Source: Octopus vulgaris
Lineage: Eukaryota
Direction of reading: 5' to 3'
NCBI GenBank assembly: GCA_951406725.2
Contig: OX597815.1
Coordinates: 103,230,001 to 103,294,000, forward strand
DNA: 64,000 nucleotides
Under the pieces are notes generated by a model. The model made no database searches and was not told where the DNA came from. It saw nothing but the letters and a program-made list of their open reading frames with translations. The position numbers were made by a program, and so were the translations under genes. This document shows, piece after piece, positions 50,126-64,000 of the stretch; the stretch's first letter is position 1, and each line of letters starts with the position of its first letter.

Positions 50126-51227
50126 AAATAATATAGTGTTCTATAAATCGGAGAAAAACGAAAATCGGCCTAGCAGCAGCAACAAGGCCGCCAGATGCAT
50201 TTTACTCTGGTGGGTCCTTAATAATTGAATGTGCTCACACCAAATCATATGTCTAGACGAGATTCCACATCTCCGATTTTTAGAAAAAATGTATAATACC
50301 TTCTCTGTTATTACAAATAGCCATCAAAATCAGAATATTGGGAATATTAGTCGATACACATAAGAGTAGGTTATCGGAACAAAATGAAGCATATAAAAGG
50401 TTCGAAGTAACAATGAGGAAACAACAAAATATCTAAGTTATGAAGGTTAGAAAACGGGTAACGAGAATATATTTGCCGTCATATATTCATCTCCCACACT
50501 GAATTTGTCGGAAGTTGAAAGAAATTTATGGAATCCATATCTTAATGTATTGACTGAGGGCTAAAGCTATACTAAATGCTTGAAATTCTCTCTCTCTCCC
50601 CCCCTCTCTCTCTCTCGTTCTCTTTCTTCCCCTCTCTGTCTTACACAAACACGCGTACACACACCTGCATACAAGCTGACATACACACGCACAATACTTT
50701 GCTTCCTACATTTCTTGATAGAAACATATATTAGTTATTGATTATCGATTAGCTCAATGTTTGTAATGAGATATCTGAAAGCCAAACTACTTGTCTTCCG
50801 TTTTTTCTGTTAAGCTGTATGACTATGGATGCGTGTGTTTGTGCGTATGCGTGTGTGTGTGCGTGCGCGCATGTGTGTGTATTCGGTTCCATACTCTGTA
50901 ACAGAAACCGGGTGGACGGAATCTCTGTAGACGACCGACGGATGGATGAGGCGTATCACTCAAAAGGTACATCATTGTCACACATTATGTCATGGGACTG
51001 TGATGAGAGTATATGTGTCGGTGGGATAATTACACGTTCATTCAAGATCAAGAAATTCAAATGATCAAAGGCATGCTCAAATTCTAATGACAAGAGACTT
51101 CTATATATAAATATATAGATAGTCCCACACATATATATACACACATACACACACCAATACACGCACACAAACACATACACATACACGCACATACATACAT
51201 ACATACATACAAATATATATATATATG

Positions 51228-51350
<123 letters not shown>

Positions 51351-51429
51351 GTAACTATCTATCTATATATATACGAGCAATGCCGACGTGCTCTGCTGTA
51401 AATATCGGTTTGTATTTTTCTCTCTTTCT

Positions 51430-51634
51430 AAACAGAAATAAACTGTCAGTTGTATTCGCAGGAGAGAATCAAATCCTTGAGCAAGTCCATCAATGCCGTA
51501 TTCACATACATACATAAATATTCAAATACAAGCATATATATACAAACATATGTGCATGCATCTTCACATGTTTGTGTGTGAGTGTGAGTGTGTGTGAGTG
51601 TGTGTGTGAGTATGAGTGTGTGTGTGTGTGTGTG

Positions 51635-51676
<42 letters not shown>

Positions 51677-52305
51677 GATGATGCAGGTAGGTAGATAGGT
51701 AGGTAGGCAAGTTGATTGTCGATAGATATTTATGTATACATGTAAGTATGTGAGCATGCATGCGCATATATATGTGAATACATTAATGAGGAAAATATTC
51801 TTTATTTTTTTCTGCGAAGATGGTTCACATTTCACATCTGTTGAGAAAGGAATCAGATGTATCCAAACTATTAGCAGAAATATGTCGTGATTGCATTAAA
51901 AAACCTTTCGGAGCATGACAATAGTACTGAGATATTAGAAACGTTCATATATTAGAACCGACCTAATTCTCTCGACTGTAATAGACTACTTTTCTACAGT
52001 TAACATTTTGTTCGCTGTACCTTTGCAGTTGTTTGATTTCAGAACCTCATTTCACCCAATATACATAAATATCTACCTACCCAATAACCTCTCTATACAC
52101 ACACACACACACACACACATATACTCACACACACTCACACATACACACACAAACGCATACACACACATGCTGGTGATGCAAATATGCTTGTATATATGTA
52201 CATGCATGTATGGGAATATGTCTATATGTATGTGAATACGACATTGATGGAATTGCTCAAGGATTTGATTCTCTGCAGCAAAAAACAATTGACATTTTAT
52301 TTTTG
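51430..52305. repeat. Diverged inverted duplication (arms about 51430-51740 and 52058-52305)
   Basis: agagaatcaaatccttgagcaa.tccatcaatg.cgtattcacatacata occurs on both strands. Confidence 0.85.
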
Positions 52306-52624
52306 TATAGAAATATCGTTATTACCGTTATTTTAAAGATTTCATATGTCACGTGCATTTATTTAATTTACTGATGACCTACATCTTTACTTTAATTATC
52401 TATTAAAATGTATGTCTGTTGTCTTCCAATGGCATTCATTTGTTTAAGATCATATATACACTTTTTGTTGGTAATCTTGACAATTACAAACAGAAAATAT
52501 TTGATATGCAAAACTATAAATTGTTTTTTATTTTATAATTTATATAATTTTATATATTACATTATAGCATTAGATTAGAATATTATTTTAATAATATAAT
52601 AATGATAATAAAAATAATGCTGAT

Positions 52625-52752
52625 TTCAGGTTTTGGCACAAGTCTAGTGCTTTTAGAGGAGGGCGTTAGTTAACTACATCGACCCAATATCCTGCTGGTA
52701 CTTATTTAATCGGCCTCAGAATGATGAAAAACAAAGTCGACTACGGCGGAAT
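52625..52752 (-). mobile_element. CORE-type SINE fragment
   Basis: Minus strand ATTCCGCCGTAGTCGACTTTGTTTTTCATCATTCTGAGGCCGATTAAATAAGTACCAG resembles the CORE domain. Confidence 0.6.
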
Positions 52753-53615
<863 letters not shown>

Positions 53616-53650
53616 ATGATAATAATAATAATAACAACAACAACAACAAC

Positions 53651-53695
<45 letters not shown>

Positions 53696-53932
53696 TAATA
53701 TCATCATCATCATCATCATCATCATCGTCTTCATTACTACCATTACTATTATTTTATTCTTTTATTTGTTTCAGTCATTTAACTGTGGCCATACTGCAAC
53801 ACCCCCCTTTAGTCGAACAAATCAACCTCGGGCTTAATCTTTGTAAGTAGTCTCTTTTGCTGAACCTATAAGTTACGGAGATGTAAACACACCGACCAGC
53901 TGTCAAGTGATGGTGGGGAAAGAAATGCAACC

Positions 53933-53977
<45 letters not shown>

Positions 53978-54148
53978 AACACACACACACACATACACAC
54001 ACAAACACACACACACACACACACACATATACATATATACTCTTTCATTTTCCACTCACAAGGCTTTGTTCGGCCCAAAGCTATTACAAAAGAGACCGGC
54101 CCAAGTGGGACTGATCCCAGAACCATGTGGTTAGGAAGGAAGCTTCTT

Positions 54149-55540
54149 TATTTCAATATTTTTCCATGAAGGTTTTACATAGAGGGGACACTACAACACG
54201 TGGGGATATATAACAATTAAAAATATATGAAAATAAAATATGATATTATGAATGACACATGAAAATGAACATGAGAAAGAAATTAAAATTATGATAACAT
54301 GCGTAATAGTTGAAAATGAAAATTTGAAGAGTGTGCTACTCATCCCTCACCGTGCAACACCACTCGATGTGTCTGAGTCCTAAGTTCCTTTTAGTCTCTG
54401 TTCCAGTTCCGCTATCGCTCCATGACTGCACTCTCTCGTAACCTTTTCCATCGGGGAAGGGGTCTTCTAAATTCTGAGGTGTCTGCCTTTTTTTCTTCTT
54501 TCCTGTGGGGAAATGAGGTGGGTGGATTTGTTGTCTGTATGGGGGGGGGTTCAGAGTGGTTTTGAGTAGGATGGAGTTGGACTAGGGTACCACATCACAC
54601 TCAGTTTTCTTCCTTCTACTCTCTGTTACTCTCCGTTCTTCCTCTTTGTTCTCCTTTCCTCCGTCTGTCTTCTTCCTCTCTTTTCTCTTCCGTCTCCACA
54701 ACTGTTTCCTCTGCTTTTGTCCTCTGTAGAGAGCAGCATGCGCTAATGTGGCCCTTTTGGCTACATTTAAAACAATGTGGTACTCTGCCCTCTACCCACG
54801 CTCTCAGCACAATTTTCCCCAACGTCACCGTCTCTGTCAAACTCTCCAGTTGTTCCCTCCTCCGCCTGTATAATTAGTTCTAGTGTGTTCCCTTCCCCCC
54901 CTGTTTCTGTGGCTTGAAGGACAGCCACCTTCACATCGCTTCCAGCAATTACAGTCGTTGCCACCAAGCTACATCTATATCAGGTGGGATTGCTCGACCA
55001 TTACCTTGAAAGATTTTCTTCCAAGGTATGTGGGCAGAAGCACTACCTCCTCTGCTTTCATCTCCTCGCATCCTCTATTGTCGTAAATCGGACGACCATT
55101 GTCCCATATCTCCATCCTTTAGTTATGTATGTTATTTCCTTTGACTGCTCCTTTAGCGTCTTTTGCATTTCAGCTTCCACCTGCTCGGCCTTTTTTCCCT
55201 TTTAACGAGAACACCTTATAAGTGATCGTTTTTCTCTCCATTCACTCCATAATTCCTTTTGGGTGGAGGCAACCTCACGTCGCCGCCCACTTTCTGTACC
55301 ATCTTCTCATACTCCTTCAGACCAGCTAAAGCCAACTCCCTTCGCTTCATCTCCATGGCCTCAGCAAAACTCCTTGTCTTTTCCAACACTCCGTCCATCT
55401 TTATGACCGCCTTTACCAGCTCGTCCTCTGCTAAAGACAACTCAGAACCGTTAAGGTCTGAATACATTTTCTAAGCAACCCGAAAAACACCGTCCGACTC
55501 TCAACAAATTCACACAACAACTGCTGGATAACGCATGCGT
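54149..55540 (-). mobile_element. ORF1-only retroposon copy E, 15-bp TSD
   Basis: GGAAGGAAGCTTCTT (54134-54148) and GGAACCAAGCTTCTT (55541-55555); 3' block TTGTAGTGTCCCCTCT...AATAAAGAA. Confidence 0.8.
54380..55467 (-). pseudogene. ORF1/gag-like protein of copy E
   Basis: RSFAEA, YGTMVVRFTTIEDA, LLPTYLGRK, LRAWVEGRVPHCFKCSQKGHISACC; the true stop is uncertain. Confidence 0.8.
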
Positions 55541-56504
55541 GGAACCAAGCTTCTTACCATACAGCCACGCTGTGCCTATCATCACTATTAATATTATTCG
55601 TTTATTTTATTTTCCACTAACGAATACTCCACAGAATTATTGTTACAGGCTCAATAATTCATGCTCTACCACCTTCTTTGTAATTGTAGAGTCAAAGAAA
55701 TCCATCCAGTTCTACTTTATCTTTCATAGGAAATAGAAATATTGTGATACAAGAAGTGGATTAAGAGTCAAAGTTGATTTGTTAAGTTTGAGAATAAAAG
55801 TGTGGTCATACTAAAATTTGCAGCTATACAGGTTGTGTGAGATACATAAAAGGAGAACAATACGAAACGTTTTCCAAGGGTAAAGAAATTATATACGACA
55901 AACTAAAAGTATTTAGGAGGATCATTTCATTCTTTAGCTGTTTAATTCCAGGTGAGTTCTAAAGGAGTATACCTCTGGCTTTTGTTTCCGATGCTGTCTT
56001 AAACGCCATCTATTTTTAAAAAGGTGGGACGGAATTTAAGGGGGAATTGGTGGCTATTTCTGCCTCGTAGGTGATCAAATAGCAGTTCGCTCACTAACGT
56101 GCTTGGAGTTCTGATGTGGAATATTTACACATCGTGGGAGGTCGTTGGAATAGTTACACAGTAGAAAAAGTGTTTGGGCCACATTCTTATAAGAATATAT
56201 AACATTTAAGGGTAGTAGATGAATACAGCTACTCTATTTTATTTTCAAATCTGACATATCTATGACAACGTTATTTAATGTGTTCTTCAAGTTTTTAAGA
56301 CGCGATGATATGACTTAACATAGATTAAGCGAATTATTTTTAGATGGGCCACCACGTACAGATTTAGTTATCGGATTCTTTATAGCATTTTGCTTGATTC
56401 AGATGGAAAAATATTCTTGTATCTAAACTCATAACGGGACAATACACACACACGCGCGCGTGCATATGAATATATTTTTGTGTGTGAATGTGTGTCTTTG
56501 TGTG

Positions 56505-56520
56505 TATAGATAGATAGAAC

Positions 56521-56588
<68 letters not shown>

Positions 56589-56619
56589 CATACATACATA
56601 CATACATACATACATACAA

Positions 56620-56655
<36 letters not shown>

Positions 56656-56690
56656 CATACATATATACATGCATACATACACAAATACAT
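56505..56690. repeat. (GATA)n(CATA)n microsatellite
   Basis: Seen directly. Confidence 0.95.
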
Positions 56691-58571
56691 GTCCTCCTAT
56701 AGAAGTGATTGTAGTATTCTAGAGTGAACGTTTTGAAATCTTTTCCAATTATACACTCCCAGATGTTTCTTTCGTATCTTTAGCGGGGTACACGCTGTTA
56801 CAATAATTTTGACCAGGTTTCCATTATGAGAATGATTTTCTCACATACTTCTCATATCATCGGTTTCATTGTCGTTGAGAAAGATCGTAATCGGTGCTCT
56901 TAATCTTAGGAATAACATGTGGGACGAAAATATCATTGACCATTACTATGATAATATTATACTATAGTTTATTCGTCAATTGTATGAGTTTCTATTTCAG
57001 AGCATCATTTTAACTACATATATTATTTGTACACACCTATTTGTGTGTCAGCACTTACATTCACCTGAGTTGATGATAAATCTTGAATAGTTGGTATTTG
57101 ACATCCTCCAGAAAGATAAGGGCATAGTTAACCTCAGTTGAATTTGAACTGAGAACATACTCTACTTTGACTCTCTACCTGTTTTGCCCATTATACTATA
57201 GTATTATGAAGTTACGCTAGATTTGAAAATGTTTCAAACACCAGCACTATAAAAGAAGAATGCTGAGTTGTTAAATTGGTGTCAAGAGTTGGGATATCTA
57301 ATTATCTTGCTCTATTACCTTTTATAAATATATGCTTTACTCTTAAGGAACTATAAATATGTTTACTGTTTGTCTCATATCAGTCGCAGTCATGGTACCG
57401 AACTGTATTATAAAAATCACAGCGTTACTAAATGCTCTACCTATATATACATATATGGACTAACAGGGATATAATGTCAATCAATGGCGGATTTGTAACA
57501 CAAAATTCTTGCAGCAAACTGCAAAATTATGTTTCGTTTATAGACATTATACTAGTTATCCCATTTTTTATTTGCTTTGATATTCAGTAAACGTGAAAAT
57601 TCAATAAACGTGAATATTATTCCATCTCGCGTTGCGCTATCTGCTCAAGATCAAAACAAACATTAGGATTTTTATTTCAGCCGATTATACGTCTGAACTT
57701 CATATATGTATTCTTACTTTCATCGATATGAATTAAGAATGAAGCAACACGGGAATGTTGTTTCTATTTGTTGGCTATATGCAAATGCTAAGTAGATTAC
57801 ATCTATACGTTATTTATAAGAATATCTGAAAATATTTGGTTGTGCTTTGATAATTCTGTCTATTTAACGGAATCAGCATTTTCTGATCTACACTCGGGTT
57901 CATTATTTAATGTTGTTTCGTCTTCTTAAAATTTCTTATATTACATATATATTTGATTTTGACATGGTACAGTTATGAAATAAATCTACAAAACATTAAA
58001 ATTATAAGTCAAGAAAATTTATTAAAAATGAAAATCTATAGAAAATCAAATGCCATAGGTACTATAAGAAACGAAAATCTAAAGAAAATATATGTTCCTT
58101 TAATTCATTTTGTAATGTCCCATACCAGTTATATATTATGTATCGTGATAAAAGTGTCTCGAAATTCAAGCCATTTTCCTAGGAATTCATCAATTTCAGT
58201 GATTAAACAAAGGATAGAAAGTATTTACAACTCTGAAGTAAACTGAAGTCGAGAGCTAGCATGCAAAGTGTTATACTCGCTTGCAGTTCACGGTTATAGG
58301 TATTTCACCTGACTTTCATCATTAACGCCGTAGGGAAAAAAGTATCAACAACACAAAACTGAATACTTTATCCTTATATCAATTCTCTAATCACCCATTC
58401 ACAGAATCTTGTAATTAAATAATTAAATCACGCAGCTTACTTCATGTGTCACGCTCATGAAATGCCAACATTATCACATAGCATATATATGAATGTGTGA
58501 GTATGCGTGCATGCGTGTTTGTGTGTGTGAGTCTGTATATGTGTATGTATATGTGTGTGTACGTATTTATG

Positions 58572-58608
<37 letters not shown>

Positions 58609-59564
58609 TTATAAATATATATACACATATACACATTCAGAAATGAGATTGTGCATGCACACGTGTGTGTGTGCGTGCATGTGTGTCTATGTGTGTTTAT
58701 GTGTGTGTATCTGTACGTGTGTGTGTGTGTACGTGTGTGTGTGTCTGTGTCTGTATACGCATAAACGCTTACAAGCAGACAAATTGCCAAATTAAATCAT
58801 CTGACGTTAGATTTGGCAATAAGTGTATGAGCAAAATTACGCAGTACCTCATGAACCATCAAGCATATCAATTAAATTATTCCATAAATGTAATATACAA
58901 TATTCCACCTTGATCATATAAAGTTTATGAATATCATAGTGTCGAAATTTGATGCGATTTGTTAATCCCTGCTGTGGAAGTACTAGTTCTAAAAAGCATT
59001 GCGAATACTGAGCAATTAAGCAAAAACTTACGGGAGGATAAACAGTTTGAAATCTAACGATTAAATATTGCCATTTAATGACTTACCTTCTTTTAGTAAC
59101 ATAAGCTATAATTAGAAGGCAATTACTTTCAGTTATTTGAGTGTTTAAAATAATCTATCTCCTTCATTTCTTGTATATTTTAATGCAAGCATAGTTAATT
59201 GTATAATGATTTCTTTCTTCATTATAGGGTAATGTTTTCGGTCTCATTATGTGGTATGAAGAGGCGATGCTTATTTTTTTGAAGGCTTGGGTGGGACGAT
59301 GACTTATGAGAGAAACTGGGTAAAACGAACGCTTGTGGAAGACTCTTGGACAGATTATGCCTATATTGAGACGTACGTCGTTATATTTTACGAGGTGAAC
59401 GCTCTTTATTTTTTAATAACATGATTGAAAATCCATCGTATTTGTGCATACCGACCGACATTTTTGCACATGCGATCAAATAAACTGATGTACATGATCA
59501 CATGCACAAATATATGTTTGTATGTATGCATTTCTCTCTCTCTCTCCTTCTCTTTCTCTCTCTT

Positions 59565-59663
<99 letters not shown>

Positions 59664-59664
59664 T

Positions 59665-59855
59665 TTTCTTTCCTTTTCTTTTACTTGTTTCAGTCATTTG
59701 ACTGCGGCCATGTTGGAGCACTGCCTTTAGTCGAGCAAATCGATCCCGGGACTTATTCCATCGATGTCTTTTTGCCGAACCGCTAAGTTACGGAGACGTA
59801 AGTACACCAGCATCGGTTTTCAAGCAATGCTAGGGGGACAAACACAGACACACAA

Positions 59856-59923
<68 letters not shown>

Positions 59924-60078
59924 ATATACACGACAGGCTTCTTTCAGTTTCCGTCTACCAAATCCACTCACAAGGCATTGGTAGGCCCGGGGCTATAGCA
60001 GAGGACACTTGCCCAAGATGCCACGCAGTGGGACTGAACCCGGAACCATGTGGTTGGTTAGCAAGCTACTTACCACTT
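59665..60078 (-). mobile_element. Near full-length tRNA-derived SINE with internal (TA)/(CA) tract
   Basis: Reverse-complement homologue of 32563-32998. Confidence 0.9.
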
Positions 60079-63000
60079 ATTCATTTATACTGTTTCGCTT
60101 AGGCAAAGCGATACTAATAGCCTGATGTTAGAACTCATTCTACATATACTTGACAACAGAGGGTCAGTGGAGTACAGAGCAGGAAGAAGAAATTAAAACC
60201 GCAAGGAAATAAGAAATTATGTCATGAGAGTCATTAGCATACAGCTGTTTCTGATATAAGATGCAACGCACTCATAGTCGAATGATTTTGTATAAGCTTA
60301 GAGCTTCATTGGATCAGACACTCACACGCACACACATATGATGAAAGAAAGTTAGAGAGAGAGATGGGAAGAGATGAGATACATAAAAATTTGAATGTAA
60401 GGAGGACTCCTTCATAAGTAAAATATTTACCTCCCCTTTAAAATTTAAATAAAGAAGGCCGAAAGTTTTCTGTCCTGCGTCAAAACCTAACTGATTATTG
60501 TAACTTTTAACTTGTTATCACTTCATTTCTCTTGAACGTTTCTCTTGAACATCTATCACATGAACGTTAATTATATTTTGCAATTTGCTGTGCATATATA
60601 TTCAGGCATAAATATATGTATGCCTAATTTACATAACACTGCAATCACAGGTAATAGAAATTTAGAGAAAACACTTTTAGTAAATGTATTTTAGTTGGAG
60701 AAAAGGTAGAATATTCGTCTAAATGTTAAGTTTTCAAAGACAGTACTTTAAAAGTTTTAAGGCCGTTCAAGAACAAAACGATTCATTAATCTGTTAGTAT
60801 TTGAATTAACTACCATATTTTAAGGTTCGTTACTAAATAAATCCGTATTAATAGATAGTATGGAATTTCCACATTTTGAGTTGAGGTTGAGTAAATTAAT
60901 TGCGATAAACGTATAAACTATTTACAACATAAAATCGTTACTGCCTTTCAGAAAGACAGACTGGATACACAATAATTAATCGAAGTCTACTGATTAATAT
61001 TAGTCAATTACTAGCATGTTACACATTAACTATTACAGAGGCAGTAGACGGCTAGAGATAAAATTATTGACTAAAAAAGCCTAAGGCATGAATTATGTTC
61101 ATTTATCTTCTGTGATAAAATCCTGCATAACAAGTTTTATCTGTCACCTAGTATGCATCAATAAATTAGGTACCAATTAAATTAGCGGTAAGATCTGATA
61201 GTCAATATTTCACCGATATAGATTTTATTTTCGAGCCTCTTTCAGAAATCAACTTTCTATTGTTTATCTCACTACACGCAAAACTAAACGGACAGACACA
61301 AACATATATACTAATCACGAAAATATATATGATTTTCATTTAAAACGTATTCTTTACATTTTAAGATTATAATTGCATAAAACGTTAGTTTAAGACCTTC
61401 TACAAATGCTGCTTCCGATGTATTTTGTATAGTGTTGAATTACATTTTAGCAAATTTATCGATCTACAAAAATACGTTTCTAATAATTTGCCATTCGGTT
61501 AAAAGAACTTTGCTCAATGTGTTTTCAATGAATATACTTTACTCACTTAAGCGCTTTTCCCCCTATAAGTCATAGACCGTCATTGACGTGTCTACATTTA
61601 TCGATATTGGGCTTTCTTTTATGCAACTGCTTTTTCACCTCTACTTCAGTATCCTGTCTCCAGTTACTTTTAAGGCGTCTTCTTTTCTGCATCCCCTATG
61701 GGCTCCCTGTCGGGCCCTGACTTGTATTTTAGTGCCCCGCGTCATATATTTCCCAAACGGAAACCGTCATACATTTTGCAGCTGGAAGATCGTCATCTCT
61801 CAGGTATTGTTCATATTGAATTTCCATCTATGTATCTGTAAATTTGTTTTCTTTTCCCGGTAGAAGTGTTGGCTCTCTGCAAACAAATCGTTTACCTCTC
61901 GGGAAAGAGGTGGTCCACATTAGTCTGACTTCTCTCCTTCCAATGGTCCTAAATGATTGTAAGTTCTCAGGGTCATTGAGACTCTCAAGACAATCCATCA
62001 TAACCAGGACATGTTGGTAGTTCTGAAAACTATAATATACCGCTTGTGTGTGTGTGTGTGTGTATGTGTGTGTTTGTGTGTGTATGCGTGTATATATATG
62101 CGTGTATAAGTGCATCTATACATATGCACAGACACGTATGCGTTTAGACATATACACAGATACGTATGCATGTGTGTATGTATATGCGTGTGTGTGTGTG
62201 TGTGAAGAGAGAGAGAATGAGAGAAAGAAAATGAGAGACATATAAATAAGTGTATATGCGTATATACACACACAGCTATGCGTAGTAGAAATGAAACCAC
62301 AAAATGAAACTCTGGAATGCAAAATAAAAAGAGAAAGACTACCAGCAAAATCTATCTCTGTTTAGTTCCTGCAACATAACAAGAGTTGTAGTGGATAAAG
62401 TATCTTAGACACCATTAAAAGGAGTTTTCATTCCTTGCAGGAATTTTATTTTTTATCACAGTTCTGTTCCAATAATACTGACGTGAGGGTTAAATTATAA
62501 CATAAACCAGCATTGAATGGTAAAACGGAAATATATAATGTCCAATCGTAAATGGCCTAAACACCTTTCTTTCACTTGCGTTTCCGAACCACAGTGGAAG
62601 GTCGTCTAAATAATTCGTCTTCAGTGAAATTAAGTTTTTGTGAGACATTTCACTGATTATATGCCCACCAAACAACAACATTGTACGAGAGACCTTTATT
62701 TTGTAGTTGGATAATATTTCATTCGAAAGAGATACCTAAACTGCTTTCAAGGCGAGTCTGTTTTACATCAACGTCAAATAAAACGGGAATTTTAGACTCT
62801 TGCAACCAAAATAGTAAGTTAGACTACGTAATTCTAGCATTTAAATCGATGTTTTGTAGATTAAACGAATAACTTGATTGATTTATATTTTCCTGCATAC
62901 AGCAAGAGACTTCAAGGTTGTGAACTTCTTCATTTTCAACATAATCTGTAAACTTTTAGTAGTCGAACTGTTCAGCTTGAATATATGATTTATACTTATA

Positions 63001-63091
63001 TTCACATATCTCGATATTCTTTTATCCATGTGTGTATGTATGTAATTACTTATGACTATATATATATATATATATATATGTATATACACAC

Positions 63092-63123
<32 letters not shown>

Positions 63124-63606
63124 ATATATACATACTTACACATATACATATATATACATATATATACATATATACATACATACTTACACACATATATATA
63201 TGTATATATATATATTTACATGTATATATATATATAGTACAACAGTTGCAGTTTCTCATTCTACCTGACATTGGGCGTATTGTTGTGACGTTAAACTAAT
63301 TATGATTGAATTCACTATTTCGAAGAATAAAGAAAATTCCTTGAATATCTGTTTAACGCTTTTAATTTCATTGAAGCATTTTGAAACCTGCTACAGTATA
63401 AACCGCATTATACTGTCTCCTTCAAAAGAAATACAGTAGCATTTGACGAATTACCGGGCCGTGTTTTTCCAGAGGAGATCTGTGAAAATTTCACTGGGTC
63501 AAACCTATTAATGCTGTTTCAATTATCAATGCAGGGATATTTTCATTTGAAAGCACTTTAACATACTTAGTGTGATCTTTAACTTAAGTTATCAGTTGGG
63601 TGTATG

Positions 63607-63664
<58 letters not shown>

Positions 63665-64000
63665 TACATGCGTGTGTGTGTAATGTATTCATGAATAATA
63701 TCGAAAATACCCAGAGCTGTCTTATATAGATATCATTACCTCCGCATATCATGAATAATTAAACGGCCGCCAGAGATTAAAACATATTTTATCGTGCACA
63801 ATAGATATAATTAAAATAAAGGCAATATACTTTTCTTGGTCTATTTTAAGATATGTAATTTAATGAAGATCCATTGGCGATAGGTTATTTGGAACTTAAG
63901 TACAACAATTTTATTTGGCTATTTAAATTATATTCCTAAAATCGTTTCAGTAAAGTGTTTTATTTTCTTTCCCATAAACCTGAAATTAACTTCCGTACAT

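Larger units (their letters stand above)
53755..55578 (-). mobile_element. tRNA-derived SINE (53755-54148 plus 55556-55578) split by copy E
   Basis: Collinear with the SINE at 59665-60078; the head resumes after the insertion with accatacagccacgctgtgcct. Confidence 0.8.

Noticed and set aside
61570-62030. GC-richer minus-strand segment, possible exon or CR1 RT remnant (NDLFAESQH)
   Set aside because: Stops in the frames I read and only faint motif traces; it cannot be assigned without a search.

Overview
Eukaryotic, AT-rich, microsatellite-saturated non-coding DNA. The SINE, LINE and microsatellite style is most consistent with an octopod cephalopod; this is an inference and no search was run. 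I can support no intact host gene, and almost all ORFs in the track are translated microsatellites. The window is a stack of decayed transposons: two RT-less Gypsy LTR elements with tRNA-Ser(GCU)-type primer sites, RTE, CR1, Tx1-like and Dong/R4 LINE fragments, Penelope-like pieces with hammerhead ribozyme motifs, mariner, hAT and Helitron remnants, and many tRNA-derived SINEs. The main candidate for an undescribed system is a family of about 1.4-1.8 kb retroposons with five copies (6011-7608, 35293-35626, 35634-37438, 37454-39137, 54149-55540; the second is a short 5'-truncated copy). They encode only an ORF1-like protein (two RRM-like blocks, a CCHC knuckle, a charged linker and a conserved, unrecognised C-terminal domain) and have no RT or endonuclease. 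They share a structured 3' end finishing in AATAAAGAA, and four of the five are flanked by short direct repeats (candidate target-site duplications). All sit inside other retroelements: one at the TATA+30 position of an LTR, three head-to-tail at one site, and one in a SINE head.
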